Source of the DNA: Vicinamibacterales bacterium
Lineage (GTDB): Bacteria; Acidobacteriota; Vicinamibacteria; Vicinamibacterales; 2-12-FULL-66-21
Direction: 5' to 3'
Length of the DNA stretch: 64,000 nucleotides
NCBI GenBank assembly: GCA_036556425.1
Contig: DATBJJ010000103.1
Location: 67,574 to 131,573 of the forward strand
The position numbers were made by a program, and so were the translations under genes. Position 1 is the first letter of the stretch. Each line of letters starts with the position of its first letter. Under the pieces are notes generated by a model that saw only the letters and a list, made by a program, of their open reading frames with translations, was not told the origin of the DNA and did no database searches. Positions 9,158 through 18,145 of the stretch are shown here, in pieces.

Positions 9158-9465
9158 CCCGCTCGCGCGCTGAGCGCGACGATCATCGTCACCGTCAGCT
9201 GCACGAGCACGACGGCGGTGACGAACACGAAGAACCAGTCGCGCATCCGCGCGTACTCGACGACGGAGAACAGGACGCGCATCGCCGGCGTCGCCATGAG
9301 AATCAGCAGGCCGACGCTCAGAAATCGAGGCGCGAGCGGCGTGCCCTGCGCACCGAGGAACAGCGCGAGCCCGCACACGAGCGCCGCCGCGCTGAGCGTG
9401 ATGCCCGCGAGGAACAGACGTCCGAGGCGGCGTTCGAGCCGCGCGATGCCGTGTTCGTTCTCCAT
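9154..9465 (-). CDS. DUF1634-like small membrane protein
   Basis: MENEHGIARLERRLGRLFLAGITL... has three hydrophobic helices. ATG 9465-9463 overlaps the TauE stop (ATGA). As I recall, this family is typically adjacent to TauE/SafE. Confidence 0.6.
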   Translation of the reverse strand: MENEHGIARLERRLGRLFLAGITLSAAALVCGLALFLGAQGTPLAPRFLSVGLLILMATPAMRVLFSVVEYARMRDWFFVFVTAVVLVQLTVTMIVALSARAG

Positions 9466-10289
9466 CACATGACTTTGAAGAAATAGAGCACGGAGACGAG
9501 CGCCAGCACGATTGCCATCAGCAGCTTGACCGAGCGCGCCTTCGCGCGTCCACCGAAATAGAGACCCGCGCGCGAGCCGGCGAGCACGCCAAGCACCGCC
9601 GCCGCCGCGAGCGGCGGATGGATGTAGCCGTTGGCGTACTGGATCGGCACCGAGGCGAGCGCCGTGACGCCGATCATCAGCGCGCTCGTGGCCGCGGCCG
9701 CGCGCAGCGGCACGCCACACCATGCGATGAGCATCGGCACTTTCAGAATGCCGCCGCCGATCCCGAGCGAGCCCGACACGATCCCGGCGGTGGCCGACAC
9801 CATCATCGCGACCGGCAGGCGCTTCACGCGATACGCGATCTCGCGGCCGCTCTCCTCGTCGAAGTATCGGCCGCCGAGCCTGCCTGGATCGATCTTCGGG
9901 TCGAGCACGTTGCGCCGATCGAGCCGCGTGATCATCAGCGCGGCGATCGCCGCGGTCACGACGGCGAACCAGATGTAGAGCATGCGCTCCGATAAACGCT
10001 CGAACGTCAGCCCTGCGGCAAGGCCGCCGGCCGCCGACGCGACCTCGAGCACCATGCCGAGCCGAAGGTTGATCAGATTGCGCCCAGCGGTGCCCGCGGA
10101 CACGGCACTCGAGGTCGCGATCACCGTCATCAGGCTCGTCGCGATCGCCACCTTGATCGGAAGACCGACGACGCTGTTCAGGAAAGGGACGAGGAAGACG
10201 CCGCCGCCGATGCCGAGAAGCGCGCCGAGTCCACCGGCGAGCACACCAGCGATCATGACGACTGCGATGAGGATCGGAGTGATGATCAC
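9465..10289 (-). CDS. TauE/SafE family sulfite/anion exporter (DUF81)
   Basis: 274-aa polytopic protein with GALLGIGGGVFLVPFL and a second SGSLGIGGGILKVPML half-repeat. GTG start at 10289. Confidence 0.8.
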   Translation of the reverse strand: MIITPILIAVVMIAGVLAGGLGALLGIGGGVFLVPFLNSVVGLPIKVAIATSLMTVIATSSAVSAGTAGRNLINLRLGMVLEVASAAGGLAAGLTFERLSERMLYIWFAVVTAAIAALMITRLDRRNVLDPKIDPGRLGGRYFDEESGREIAYRVKRLPVAMMVSATAGIVSGSLGIGGGILKVPMLIAWCGVPLRAAAATSALMIGVTALASVPIQYANGYIHPPLAAAAVLGVLAGSRAGLYFGGRAKARSVKLLMAIVLALVSVLYFFKVM

Positions 10290-10316
10290 GCGCGTTGGGA
10301 TCGTGCGAACGGCCGG

Positions 10317-10338
10317 AACCGAATGCTATGATTCGGAT
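10317..10338. promoter_or_regulatory. Inverted repeat AACCGAAT-N6-ATTCGGAT in the divergent TauE / MBL-rhodanese promoter region (candidate operator)
   Basis: CCGAAT (10319-10324) and ATTCGG (10331-10336) are perfect complements. They lie 18 nt upstream of ATG 10356. Confidence 0.35.
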
Positions 10339-10355
10339 TGGTTGGATTTTACCTC

Positions 10356-11726
10356 ATGTTTCAGAGGTTCTCGGATGAAGGGCTTGCGCAGAGCTCGTAT
10401 CTGGTCGCATGCGAGCGGACGCGCGACGCGGCCGTCGTCGATCCTCGACGCGACGTCGACGTGTACACGATTGCCGCCGAGCGGCACGGGCTGAAGATCA
10501 AGTACGCCATCGAGACGCACACGCACGCGGATTTCGTCTCCGGCGCGCGTGAGCTGGCTAGCCTCGGCGCCTCCGTCGTCGCAGGGCCGGGCGCCGATCT
10601 CCAGTTTTCCTTCCATGAAGCAGCGCCCGGCGAGTCGTTGATGGTCGGCGACATCGCGTGCCGGCTGCTCCACACGCCGGGACATACGCCCGAGCACATC
10701 TCGATCCTCGTCGAAGAGCCGGGTGTGCAGGCGCGAGTGCTCACCGGCGACACGCTCTTCGTCAGCGCGGTCGGCCGTCCCGACCTGGTCGGTACCGAGC
10801 ACACGCGCGAGCTCGCCGACTCGCTGTACGACTCGCTCTTCGATACGCTGCTTCGCCTCGACGATGCCGTCGAAGTGCATCCCGGACACGGCGCGGGATC
10901 GCTGTGCGGCGCGGGCATCGGCAAGGAGCCGTACTCGTCGATCGGCAACGAGCGCCGTTTCAATCCGCTGCTGCAGAAGCGATCGCGCGAGGACTTCGTC
11001 GCGGCGGTGATGGCGGATCTGCCGGAAACACCGCCGTACTTCGCGAGGATGAAGCGCGTCAACCGTGCCGGACCGCCGCTCCGCGACCTCGCCAAGGGCG
11101 TTCCGCTGCCGAGGCCCCTCGATCCACACGACGCCGCCACGCTCGTTCAGGACGGCGCGCTCTTGATCGATCTCCGATCGCCGGAGGCGTTCGCCGCGGG
11201 CCATCCGAGCGGCGCGCTCAACATCGGCTTCGGCGCGCGCATCGGCTATTGGGCGGGATGGCTCCTCCCCGCCGGCGCTCGCGTCGTGCTGCTCCCGGGC
11301 GAGCGGCGTCAGGCCGAAGAGGCCACGCGCCAGCTCCTTCGCGTGGGCGTCGACGACGTCGCCGGATACGTCGAGGGCGGCTTCGACGCATGGCGCGCCG
11401 CACGGGCGGAGACGTCGACGCTCGAGCTGATTTCCGCGCGCGAGCTGCGCGATCGCCTCGCGCGCCGCGAAGCGCAGACGCTCGTCGACGTGCGCTCGCA
11501 CCACGAGTGGACGAGCGGTCACATCGATGAATCCATCAACATTCCGGTCGGCGATCTGGTCGCGCGCGCGGCCGATCTCCGCGGTCCCAACGTCGTCGCC
11601 ACGATCTGCGAGAGCGGCTTTCGGTCCAGCCTGGCCGCGAGCTTGCTGCTGCGCGCCGGCGTTCGCGTCGTGAACGTCAGCGACGGCACCGCGGCCTACC
11701 GCATGCTCGAGCGTCGACGATCGTGA
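10356..11726 (+). CDS. MBL-fold metallo-hydrolase (persulfide-dioxygenase-like) fused to two rhodanese domains
   Basis: ETHTHADFVSG metal motif and HTPGHTPEH. The C-terminal rhodanese has the active-site loop CESGFRSS; the first rhodanese-like domain lacks the Cys. Confidence 0.8.
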   Translation: MFQRFSDEGLAQSSYLVACERTRDAAVVDPRRDVDVYTIAAERHGLKIKYAIETHTHADFVSGARELASLGASVVAGPGADLQFSFHEAAPGESLMVGDIACRLLHTPGHTPEHISILVEEPGVQARVLTGDTLFVSAVGRPDLVGTEHTRELADSLYDSLFDTLLRLDDAVEVHPGHGAGSLCGAGIGKEPYSSIGNERRFNPLLQKRSREDFVAAVMADLPETPPYFARMKRVNRAGPPLRDLAKGVPLPRPLDPHDAATLVQDGALLIDLRSPEAFAAGHPSGALNIGFGARIGYWAGWLLPAGARVVLLPGERRQAEEATRQLLRVGVDDVAGYVEGGFDAWRAARAETSTLELISARELRDRLARREAQTLVDVRSHHEWTSGHIDESINIPVGDLVARAADLRGPNVVATICESGFRSSLAASLLLRAGVRVVNVSDGTAAYRMLERRRS

Positions 11727-14032
11727 TCCTTACCCCGGGTTCCCGAATTGCGCAGTACGAAGTCCTGTCGACCATTGGCGCCGGCGGCATGGGCGAGGTC
11801 TATCGCGCCCGCGACCCGCGGCTCGGCCGCGACGTGGCGATCAAGGTGATGGCGCCGCACGTGGCGGCGGATCCCGAGATGCGCCGGCGGTTCGAGACCG
11901 AAGCGCGCGCCATCGCCGCGCTCTCGCACTCGAGCATCGTCGCGATCCACGAGCTCGCGTTCGTCGACGACCTGCCCGTGGCCGTCATGGAGCTGCTCGA
12001 GGGGCAGACGCTCCGGCAGCACATGAAGGCTGGACCGATCGAGTGGCGAGAGGCCGCGCGAATCGGCGCGATGATTGCCGATGGCCTCGCGGCGGCGCAT
12101 GCGCGCGGGATCGTGCATCGCGACCTGAAGCCGGAGAACGTCTTTCTCACCACCGACGGCGCGGTGAAGATTCTGGACTTCGGGCTCGCGCTCCGGCGGC
12201 ACGTGATGCCCGGAACGAGCAGCGAAGGGCCGACCGTCGCGCCCACGGCCGCGCACGTGATCCTGGGAACGTTCGGCTACATGGCGCCCGAGCAGGTGAC
12301 GGGCGATCCCGTGGATGCGCGAACCGACATCTTCGCGCTCGGATGCATCCTTTACGAGATGGTCAGCGCGCGGCCGCGGTTCTCCGGCGCGACGCCGCAG
12401 GAGATCGTGGCGCAGCTGCTGCACGACAGCGGCCGGCACCTCACGGCGATCGACGCCCTCGGCCCGCGCGAGTTCAGCGCGGTTGTCGGGCGCTGCACCG
12501 AGCGAGCCGCATCGGCGCGATTCGAGTCGGCGGCCGACGTCGCGATGGCGCTGCGCGCGCTGCAGAGCGGATCGCCCCTCACGATAGCGGCCGCGGAGGC
12601 GCGCCGCAGCAAGCCGAAGGGAAAATCGCTCGCCGTTCTGCCGTTCGTCAATTCGGGCGCCGATCCGTCGACGGAATTCCTCACGAACGGCATCACGGAG
12701 AACATCATCAACAGCCTCTCGCAGATCAGCGGCCTGCGCGTGGTCCCGCGCAGCCTCGTGTTCCGCTACCAGGGCCCGCAGGATCCGTCGACGATTGGCG
12801 CGGCGCTCAATGCGCGGCTCATCCTCACCGGACGCGTCAGCCAGCAGGGCGACTACCTGACGATTCAAGCGGAGCTCGTCGACACTGTGAGCGAATCGCA
12901 GATTTGGGGCGATCAGTTCCGTCCGAAGCTGACCGAGCTCGCGAACGTGCAGCAGGACATCGCCTGGCAGATCACCGAAGCCCTGCGCTTGAAGCTCACG
13001 GGCGCGCAGAAAAAGAAGCTGCGGCGGCGCGCGACCGTGAATCCAGAGGCGTATCAGGAATACCTTCGCGGCCGGCACTTCTTCAATTCGTGGTCGCCCG
13101 ACGGATTCCGCCGCGCGCTCCAGCACTTCGAGCGCGCGATGGATCTCGATCCGACGTACGCGCCTTCCTATTCCGGATTCGGCGACACCGTCGGCTGCAT
13201 GACGTACTACGGCCTCATCCCGCCGCAGGATGGATTTCCGCGGGCGCAAGCCGCCGCGCGTAAAGCCATCTCGCTCGATCCGGAGCTCGCCGACGCATAC
13301 GCGACGCTCGGAATGGGCGAGCTCTTCTTCGAATGGAACTGGCCGGCGGCGGAGCAGAACTTCCTCAAGTCGATCGCGCTGAACCCCAACGTCGCGACCG
13401 TCCGCGCGTTTCACGCGCTCATGCTCGCGACGTCTGGGCGCCACGAGGAATCCATTGCCGAAGCGCGCCATGGGCGTCAGCTCGATCCGCTCTCGCCGCT
13501 CGTGAACATGTCGGTCGGATGGGCGTTGTTCTTCGCCGGGCGGCTGAAGGAAGCGATCGACGAGCTGATTCAGGTCCGCAAGATCCTGCTCGGCGAAGCC
13601 AACCATGAAGCCGGAAGCGTGATCATCGTCGCGCACGAAGCGCTCGGACGATTCGAGGAGGCCGCGCGGTTAGCGAGCGGCACGACCTGCTTTGGAATCC
13701 CGCTCGACGGCAACGCGCTCCTTCGAGCCTGGCGCGAAGGCGGCGCGCGCGGATACTGGCAGGAACGGCTCGCGCAATTGCAGCGTGCGACGCTCCCGCC
13801 GTCGCTCGGCCACTACAACACGGGCGTCGTGCTCTCGCAAATCGGACGGCTCGACGACGCCATCTCCGAGCTCGAAGCGCTCGTCGCGGACCGGCACGGC
13901 GGACCGGTGTTCTTCGGCGTCGACCCGACGCTCGCCCCGCTTCGCGGTCATCCCCGCTTCGAGGCGCTGCTCACGCGGATTGGGGCGCCCCGTTCGCCCA
14001 CGGTTTCAGCACCGCATACAACGCGGAGGTAA
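11723..14032 (+). CDS. Ser/Thr protein kinase with a TolB-N-like/TPR C-terminal region
   Basis: GAGGMGEVYRA...AIKV (ATP site), HRDLKPENVFL, DFGLA and a GTFGYMAPE-like segment. These are followed by KSLAVLPFVN...GITENIINSLS and TPR-like repeats. GTG 11723 overlaps the upstream stop (GTGA). Confidence 0.88.
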   Translation: MILTPGSRIAQYEVLSTIGAGGMGEVYRARDPRLGRDVAIKVMAPHVAADPEMRRRFETEARAIAALSHSSIVAIHELAFVDDLPVAVMELLEGQTLRQHMKAGPIEWREAARIGAMIADGLAAAHARGIVHRDLKPENVFLTTDGAVKILDFGLALRRHVMPGTSSEGPTVAPTAAHVILGTFGYMAPEQVTGDPVDARTDIFALGCILYEMVSARPRFSGATPQEIVAQLLHDSGRHLTAIDALGPREFSAVVGRCTERAASARFESAADVAMALRALQSGSPLTIAAAEARRSKPKGKSLAVLPFVNSGADPSTEFLTNGITENIINSLSQISGLRVVPRSLVFRYQGPQDPSTIGAALNARLILTGRVSQQGDYLTIQAELVDTVSESQIWGDQFRPKLTELANVQQDIAWQITEALRLKLTGAQKKKLRRRATVNPEAYQEYLRGRHFFNSWSPDGFRRALQHFERAMDLDPTYAPSYSGFGDTVGCMTYYGLIPPQDGFPRAQAAARKAISLDPELADAYATLGMGELFFEWNWPAAEQNFLKSIALNPNVATVRAFHALMLATSGRHEESIAEARHGRQLDPLSPLVNMSVGWALFFAGRLKEAIDELIQVRKILLGEANHEAGSVIIVAHEALGRFEEAARLASGTTCFGIPLDGNALLRAWREGGARGYWQERLAQLQRATLPPSLGHYNTGVVLSQIGRLDDAISELEALVADRHGGPVFFGVDPTLAPLRGHPRFEALLTRIGAPRSPTVSAPHTTRR

Positions 14033-14909
14033 TCGGCACGCTGACGCCGGCGCGCGACGCGCGGCGGACGACCGACCCGTGCAGCTGCTCGACCTCGATG
14101 CGCTTGCCCTGCGAGAGATCGATCAGGAGCGACGACCGCATCGTCCCCGGAATGTTCTCGATGTACTTCGAGATCCGATCGACCGTATCGGCGGCAACGG
14201 GGACGCCTTCCGCGCGCGCGAGCCGTTCGATCTCGCGGCATCCCTCGAGGAACGTCGCGCGAATCACGGGATCGGCCCAGACCGGCCCGATCGGCAGCCG
14301 TGACGCGCCCGTGAAACCCGCGAGCGAGACGAGGAAGATGAATTTCTCCCAGATCGGAATCCTGCCATCCTCGACTGCTTCGACGATGATGTCCGCGCCG
14401 GCCAGCGCCGACGCGATCGACCTCACGCGATCGCTCATGCGCGGAAGACGTCCGAACACTTCACCCATGACGATGCGTCGGTGCGTGCCGGTCTGCTCGA
14501 TGACGCCCGGCGCCGACACCGCGGTCGCGATGTACGTCGTCGCGCCAATCACCGGCTCTTCGCCGAAGAGCGCCGATAGCTCGTTGACGCTGTCGACGCC
14601 GTTCTGAAGCGGAAGAACGGTCGTCGCAGATCCAATCATCGGAGCGACGAGCGGCAGCGCGGAGCCGTTGTCGTACGCCTTCACCGCGACGATCACGACG
14701 TCGACCGGACCGACGCGCGACGTATCCTCTTCGGCTCGCGCATGGACGACGAAATCGCCGAGCATTGGACTGCGGATCTGGAGTCCGCGCTCCCGAATCG
14801 CGGCGAGGTGCGCGCCCCGCGCGATGAACGTGACGTCGTGGCCCGCCCGCGCGAGCTTGGCGCCGTAATATCCGCCGACCGCGCCCGAGCCGAGAACGGC
14901 GAATCTCAT
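13971..14909 (-). CDS. panE: 2-dehydropantoate 2-reductase (ketopantoate reductase family)
   Basis: MRFAVLGSGAVGGYYGAKLARAGHDVTFIARG Rossmann N-terminus and ApbA/PanE-like length and pattern. Confidence 0.8.
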   Translation of the reverse strand: MRFAVLGSGAVGGYYGAKLARAGHDVTFIARGAHLAAIRERGLQIRSPMLGDFVVHARAEEDTSRVGPVDVVIVAVKAYDNGSALPLVAPMIGSATTVLPLQNGVDSVNELSALFGEEPVIGATTYIATAVSAPGVIEQTGTHRRIVMGEVFGRLPRMSDRVRSIASALAGADIIVEAVEDGRIPIWEKFIFLVSLAGFTGASRLPIGPVWADPVIRATFLEGCREIERLARAEGVPVAADTVDRISKYIENIPGTMRSSLLIDLSQGKRIEVEQLHGSVVRRASRAGVSVPITSALYAVLKPWANGAPQSA

Positions 14910-16315
14910 GAAGGAATCCGTGCGCTCCAGAAATAGTAAACAGGCAAGCCAATCGCCAACAGACCCAAACCCGCCAGCGATTCAAACGGCCGCTCGACCA
15001 GCGTGTTGAGGACGAATGCGATCCCGCCGAGGATGAACACGATCGGTACGACGGGATAGCCCCACGTTCGATAGGGGCGATGGCGATCGGGCATCGTGCG
15101 CCGCAGCCGGAACAACGCGGCGCCTCCGGCCACGCTGAACAGCAGCGACGCGAACATCACGTACGTGAAGAGCTGCTCGTACGTGCCCGACAGCGCGAGA
15201 ATCGACGACCAGATCGTCAGGCCGACGATGGCGTAGTGCGGCGTCCGGTACTTCGGGTGCACGCGCTTCGCCGATGGAAAGAAGAGGCCATCCACCGCCA
15301 TCGCGAACAGCAGGCGCGAGCCGGCGAGAATGGCGGCGGCGTTGCAGCCGAACGTCGACAGCACGACGGTCGCCGCGACGAACGTCGCGCCCGCGGGACC
15401 GACGAGCGCCGTCGCCGCGCGCTCGGCGATCCGCGTCACGCCTTTCATTTCGTCGATCGTGAGCGCGAACAAGTACGCGACGTTGACGCTGACGTAAACC
15501 GACGTCAGAAGCAGCAGGCCGCCGAGCAGCGCGCGCGGGAGATTGCGCTGCGGATCCTTGATCTCGCCGGCCGCGTACGTGATGAAGTACCACGCTTCGT
15601 ACGTCCACAGCACGGCAATCATCGCGATGCCGAACGACGCGGCCGGCCGCGCGAGATCGGGAGGAACGATCGGCACGAACGACGGCTCCACGCGCGTGAC
15701 CGCGAGCGCCATCAGCGGAAGGGCCGCGAGGCCGCCAATTTTCGCGGCCGTCAAAACCGCGTTCACCATGTTGCCCGTGCGAACGCCGACGTAGTTGATC
15801 GCGCCGAGCGCCACGATCGCCGCGGCGGCAACGAGCTGCGCGGCGGATAGCGAGAGCGTCCCGACGCTGAAGATCACGCGCGACGACGACAGCGACGGCA
15901 CGAAATAACTGAGCCATTCCGCGAATCCGATCGCGACCGCGGCGATGCCTCCGCTGATGACGACGAGCAGCGCCGCCCATCCGTACAGGAAAGCGATGAG
16001 GGGACCGAACGCTTCGCGTAGAAACACGTAGACGCCGCCGGAGCGCGGGAACATGGCGCCCATTTCGGCGTATGTCAAGCCGCCGGCGATCGCGAGCACG
16101 CCGCCCAGCGTCCACGCCAGGAGCAGAAGCGTCGCCGACGGAATGATCGACGCCATGCCGCCCGTGGTCATGAAGATGCCGGAGCCGATCACGCTGCCGG
16201 CGACGAGCAGGACCGCCGAACCGAGTCCGATCGCGCGGACCAACCCGGCGTCGTCGTCCGTTACCTTTGGCGAATTCGTCGTCGTGGCCATCGAGCCGAG
16301 TGCGGACTGTAGCAC
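14906..16315 (-). CDS. APC-family amino acid permease
   Basis: 469 aa with 12 or more hydrophobic helices and the GSVIGSGIFMTTG signature. Its stop overlaps the panE ATG (ATGA). Confidence 0.85.
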   Translation of the reverse strand: MLQSALGSMATTTNSPKVTDDDAGLVRAIGLGSAVLLVAGSVIGSGIFMTTGGMASIIPSATLLLLAWTLGGVLAIAGGLTYAEMGAMFPRSGGVYVFLREAFGPLIAFLYGWAALLVVISGGIAAVAIGFAEWLSYFVPSLSSSRVIFSVGTLSLSAAQLVAAAAIVALGAINYVGVRTGNMVNAVLTAAKIGGLAALPLMALAVTRVEPSFVPIVPPDLARPAASFGIAMIAVLWTYEAWYFITYAAGEIKDPQRNLPRALLGGLLLLTSVYVSVNVAYLFALTIDEMKGVTRIAERAATALVGPAGATFVAATVVLSTFGCNAAAILAGSRLLFAMAVDGLFFPSAKRVHPKYRTPHYAIVGLTIWSSILALSGTYEQLFTYVMFASLLFSVAGGAALFRLRRTMPDRHRPYRTWGYPVVPIVFILGGIAFVLNTLVERPFESLAGLGLLAIGLPVYYFWSARIPS

Positions 16316-16349
16316 GGAGGGATCGAGACTGCCCCGCCCGGCGAGTGCG

Positions 16350-16358
16350 TGCTAGAAT
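16350..16358 (+). promoter_or_regulatory. Extended -10-like element TGcTAGAAT upstream of the amidohydrolase gene
   Basis: TG at 16350-16351 and TAGAAT at 16353-16358. An RBS GGAGGGG at 16396-16402 precedes ATG 16406. Confidence 0.35.
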
Positions 16359-16405
16359 CCCCGGCTGAGGGCCGACGGCTCGTGCCGCCGTTCTCGGAGG
16401 GGTTC

Positions 16406-18145
16406 ATGGCCGCCCGCCTTACTGCCTATGTCGTCGTCGGAATCGTCGCGGCGACGCTCATCGCCGGCCTCATCGTCGGCGCGCAGCGAAACGAAAACGA
16501 CAGCGACGGCCCGGTCGATCTAATCGTTCAAAACGCGAACATCTACACGGCCGGCTCGGGCGGAACGATGGCTGAAGCCATGGCCATCCGCGGCAACCAG
16601 ATTCTGCGCGTCGGCAGCGACCGCGACATCGCGCGCCTTCGGAAGCCGCAGACCACCGTCATCGACGCGAAAGGCGGCGCGGTCGTACCGGGATTCAGCG
16701 ACGCGCACGCGCACCTGGTCGACGGCGGACTCAACCTGGACCGCGTCGACTTGACGGATGCGTCGACGCTCGAAGAAATCGAGGAGCGCGTTCAGACGTG
16801 GGCCGAAGCTCATCCCGACGCCGCGTGGGTGACGGGGCGCGGATGGACGTTCGCGGCGTTCGGCAGCTCGGCGCCGACTCGCCAGCAGCTCGACGCGATC
16901 GTGCCCGGCAAGCCGGTGCAACTCGTAAGTGAGGACGGCAAAGCGTCCTGGGTGAACACGCGCGCGCTCCGCGCGGCGGCGATCACGCGGAAGACCGTCA
17001 GTCCCGAGGGAGGCGCGATCGTCAAGGACGCGCGGAGCGGCGAGCCCACCGGCGTTCTGCGCGGCGCGGCGATGTCGCTCGTCAGCCGTCACGTGCCGCG
17101 GGCGTCGATCGAAGAACGCGGACGCGCGCTGCGTGCGGCGATCGCCGAAGCGAACCGCTTCGGCATCACCAGCATCCAGACGCCGGACGGAACCGCCGAC
17201 GAGCTCGAGCTGTTCGCGGAGGCGCGAAAGGCGGGGGACCTCACGGTCCGGTTGTACTCGGCGCTTGCGCTTCGCGGAGAGGTCAACGACGCGAAGCTCC
17301 GCGAGCTGGACGCGATCGCTTCTCGATATCCAGACGATCCGTTGTTCAAATCGGGCGCCGTGAGCTTCACACTCGACGGCTCGATCGAGACGCGAACCGC
17401 GGCGCTGCTCGAGCCGTACGCCGACGAGACGTCGTCGGGGGTGCCGACGATCGCTCCCGACGATTTCAATCGCATGGTTCGTCTCCTCGACGCGCGCGGC
17501 TGGCAGGTGCTCGCGGCAGCCGTGGGCGATCGCGCGGTGCAGATGGCGCTCAATGCGTTCGAGCACGCGGTCCGGTCGAATCCGGTGCCGGAGCGCGGGC
17601 GGCGTCATCGGATCGAGCACGTCGGCACGGTCGACATCCTCGATCAGCCGAGGTTTGGCGCGCTCGGCGTGATTGCGTCGATGCAGCCGGCGACAACGTT
17701 GCCGACGGCGGGACGGATCGACCTGCTGACGTCGGCGATTGGCGCGGCACGCGCGTCGCGCGCGTCAGCATACGCGAGCATCGCGAGCGGCCGCGGCCGT
17801 CTCGCGTTCGGAAGCGATTGGCCGTTCGCCTCCTTCAACCCCATGGTCGGCCTGCACGCAGCGGTCACGCGCACGACGACGGACAATACGCCGGACGGCG
17901 GTTGGTATCCGGCCGAGCGTCTCGCATTGCCGGCCGCGATCGACGCGTATACCTCCGGCGCGGCGTGGGCGTCGTTCGACGAGCAGCGGAAGGGAACGCT
18001 TCAGGCAGGGATGCTGGCGGATATCGTCGTGCTGTCCGAGGATATCTTCGAGGCGCCGCCGTCGCGGCTCGCATCGACTCGCGTTGCGTTGACGATCTTC
18101 GACGGCAAGATCGTCTACCGCCGCGACAATTCCCACACGAACTAG
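16406..18145 (+). CDS. Amidohydrolase-3 (YtcJ-like) metal-dependent hydrolase with an N-terminal membrane anchor or signal
   Basis: VVPGFSDAHAHLVDGG metal motif, an internal HRIEHV, and a C-terminal ADIVVLSEDIF pattern. Start chosen at ATG 16406 after a strong RBS. Confidence 0.82.
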   Translation: MAARLTAYVVVGIVAATLIAGLIVGAQRNENDSDGPVDLIVQNANIYTAGSGGTMAEAMAIRGNQILRVGSDRDIARLRKPQTTVIDAKGGAVVPGFSDAHAHLVDGGLNLDRVDLTDASTLEEIEERVQTWAEAHPDAAWVTGRGWTFAAFGSSAPTRQQLDAIVPGKPVQLVSEDGKASWVNTRALRAAAITRKTVSPEGGAIVKDARSGEPTGVLRGAAMSLVSRHVPRASIEERGRALRAAIAEANRFGITSIQTPDGTADELELFAEARKAGDLTVRLYSALALRGEVNDAKLRELDAIASRYPDDPLFKSGAVSFTLDGSIETRTAALLEPYADETSSGVPTIAPDDFNRMVRLLDARGWQVLAAAVGDRAVQMALNAFEHAVRSNPVPERGRRHRIEHVGTVDILDQPRFGALGVIASMQPATTLPTAGRIDLLTSAIGAARASRASAYASIASGRGRLAFGSDWPFASFNPMVGLHAAVTRTTTDNTPDGGWYPAERLALPAAIDAYTSGAAWASFDEQRKGTLQAGMLADIVVLSEDIFEAPPSRLASTRVALTIFDGKIVYRRDNSHTN

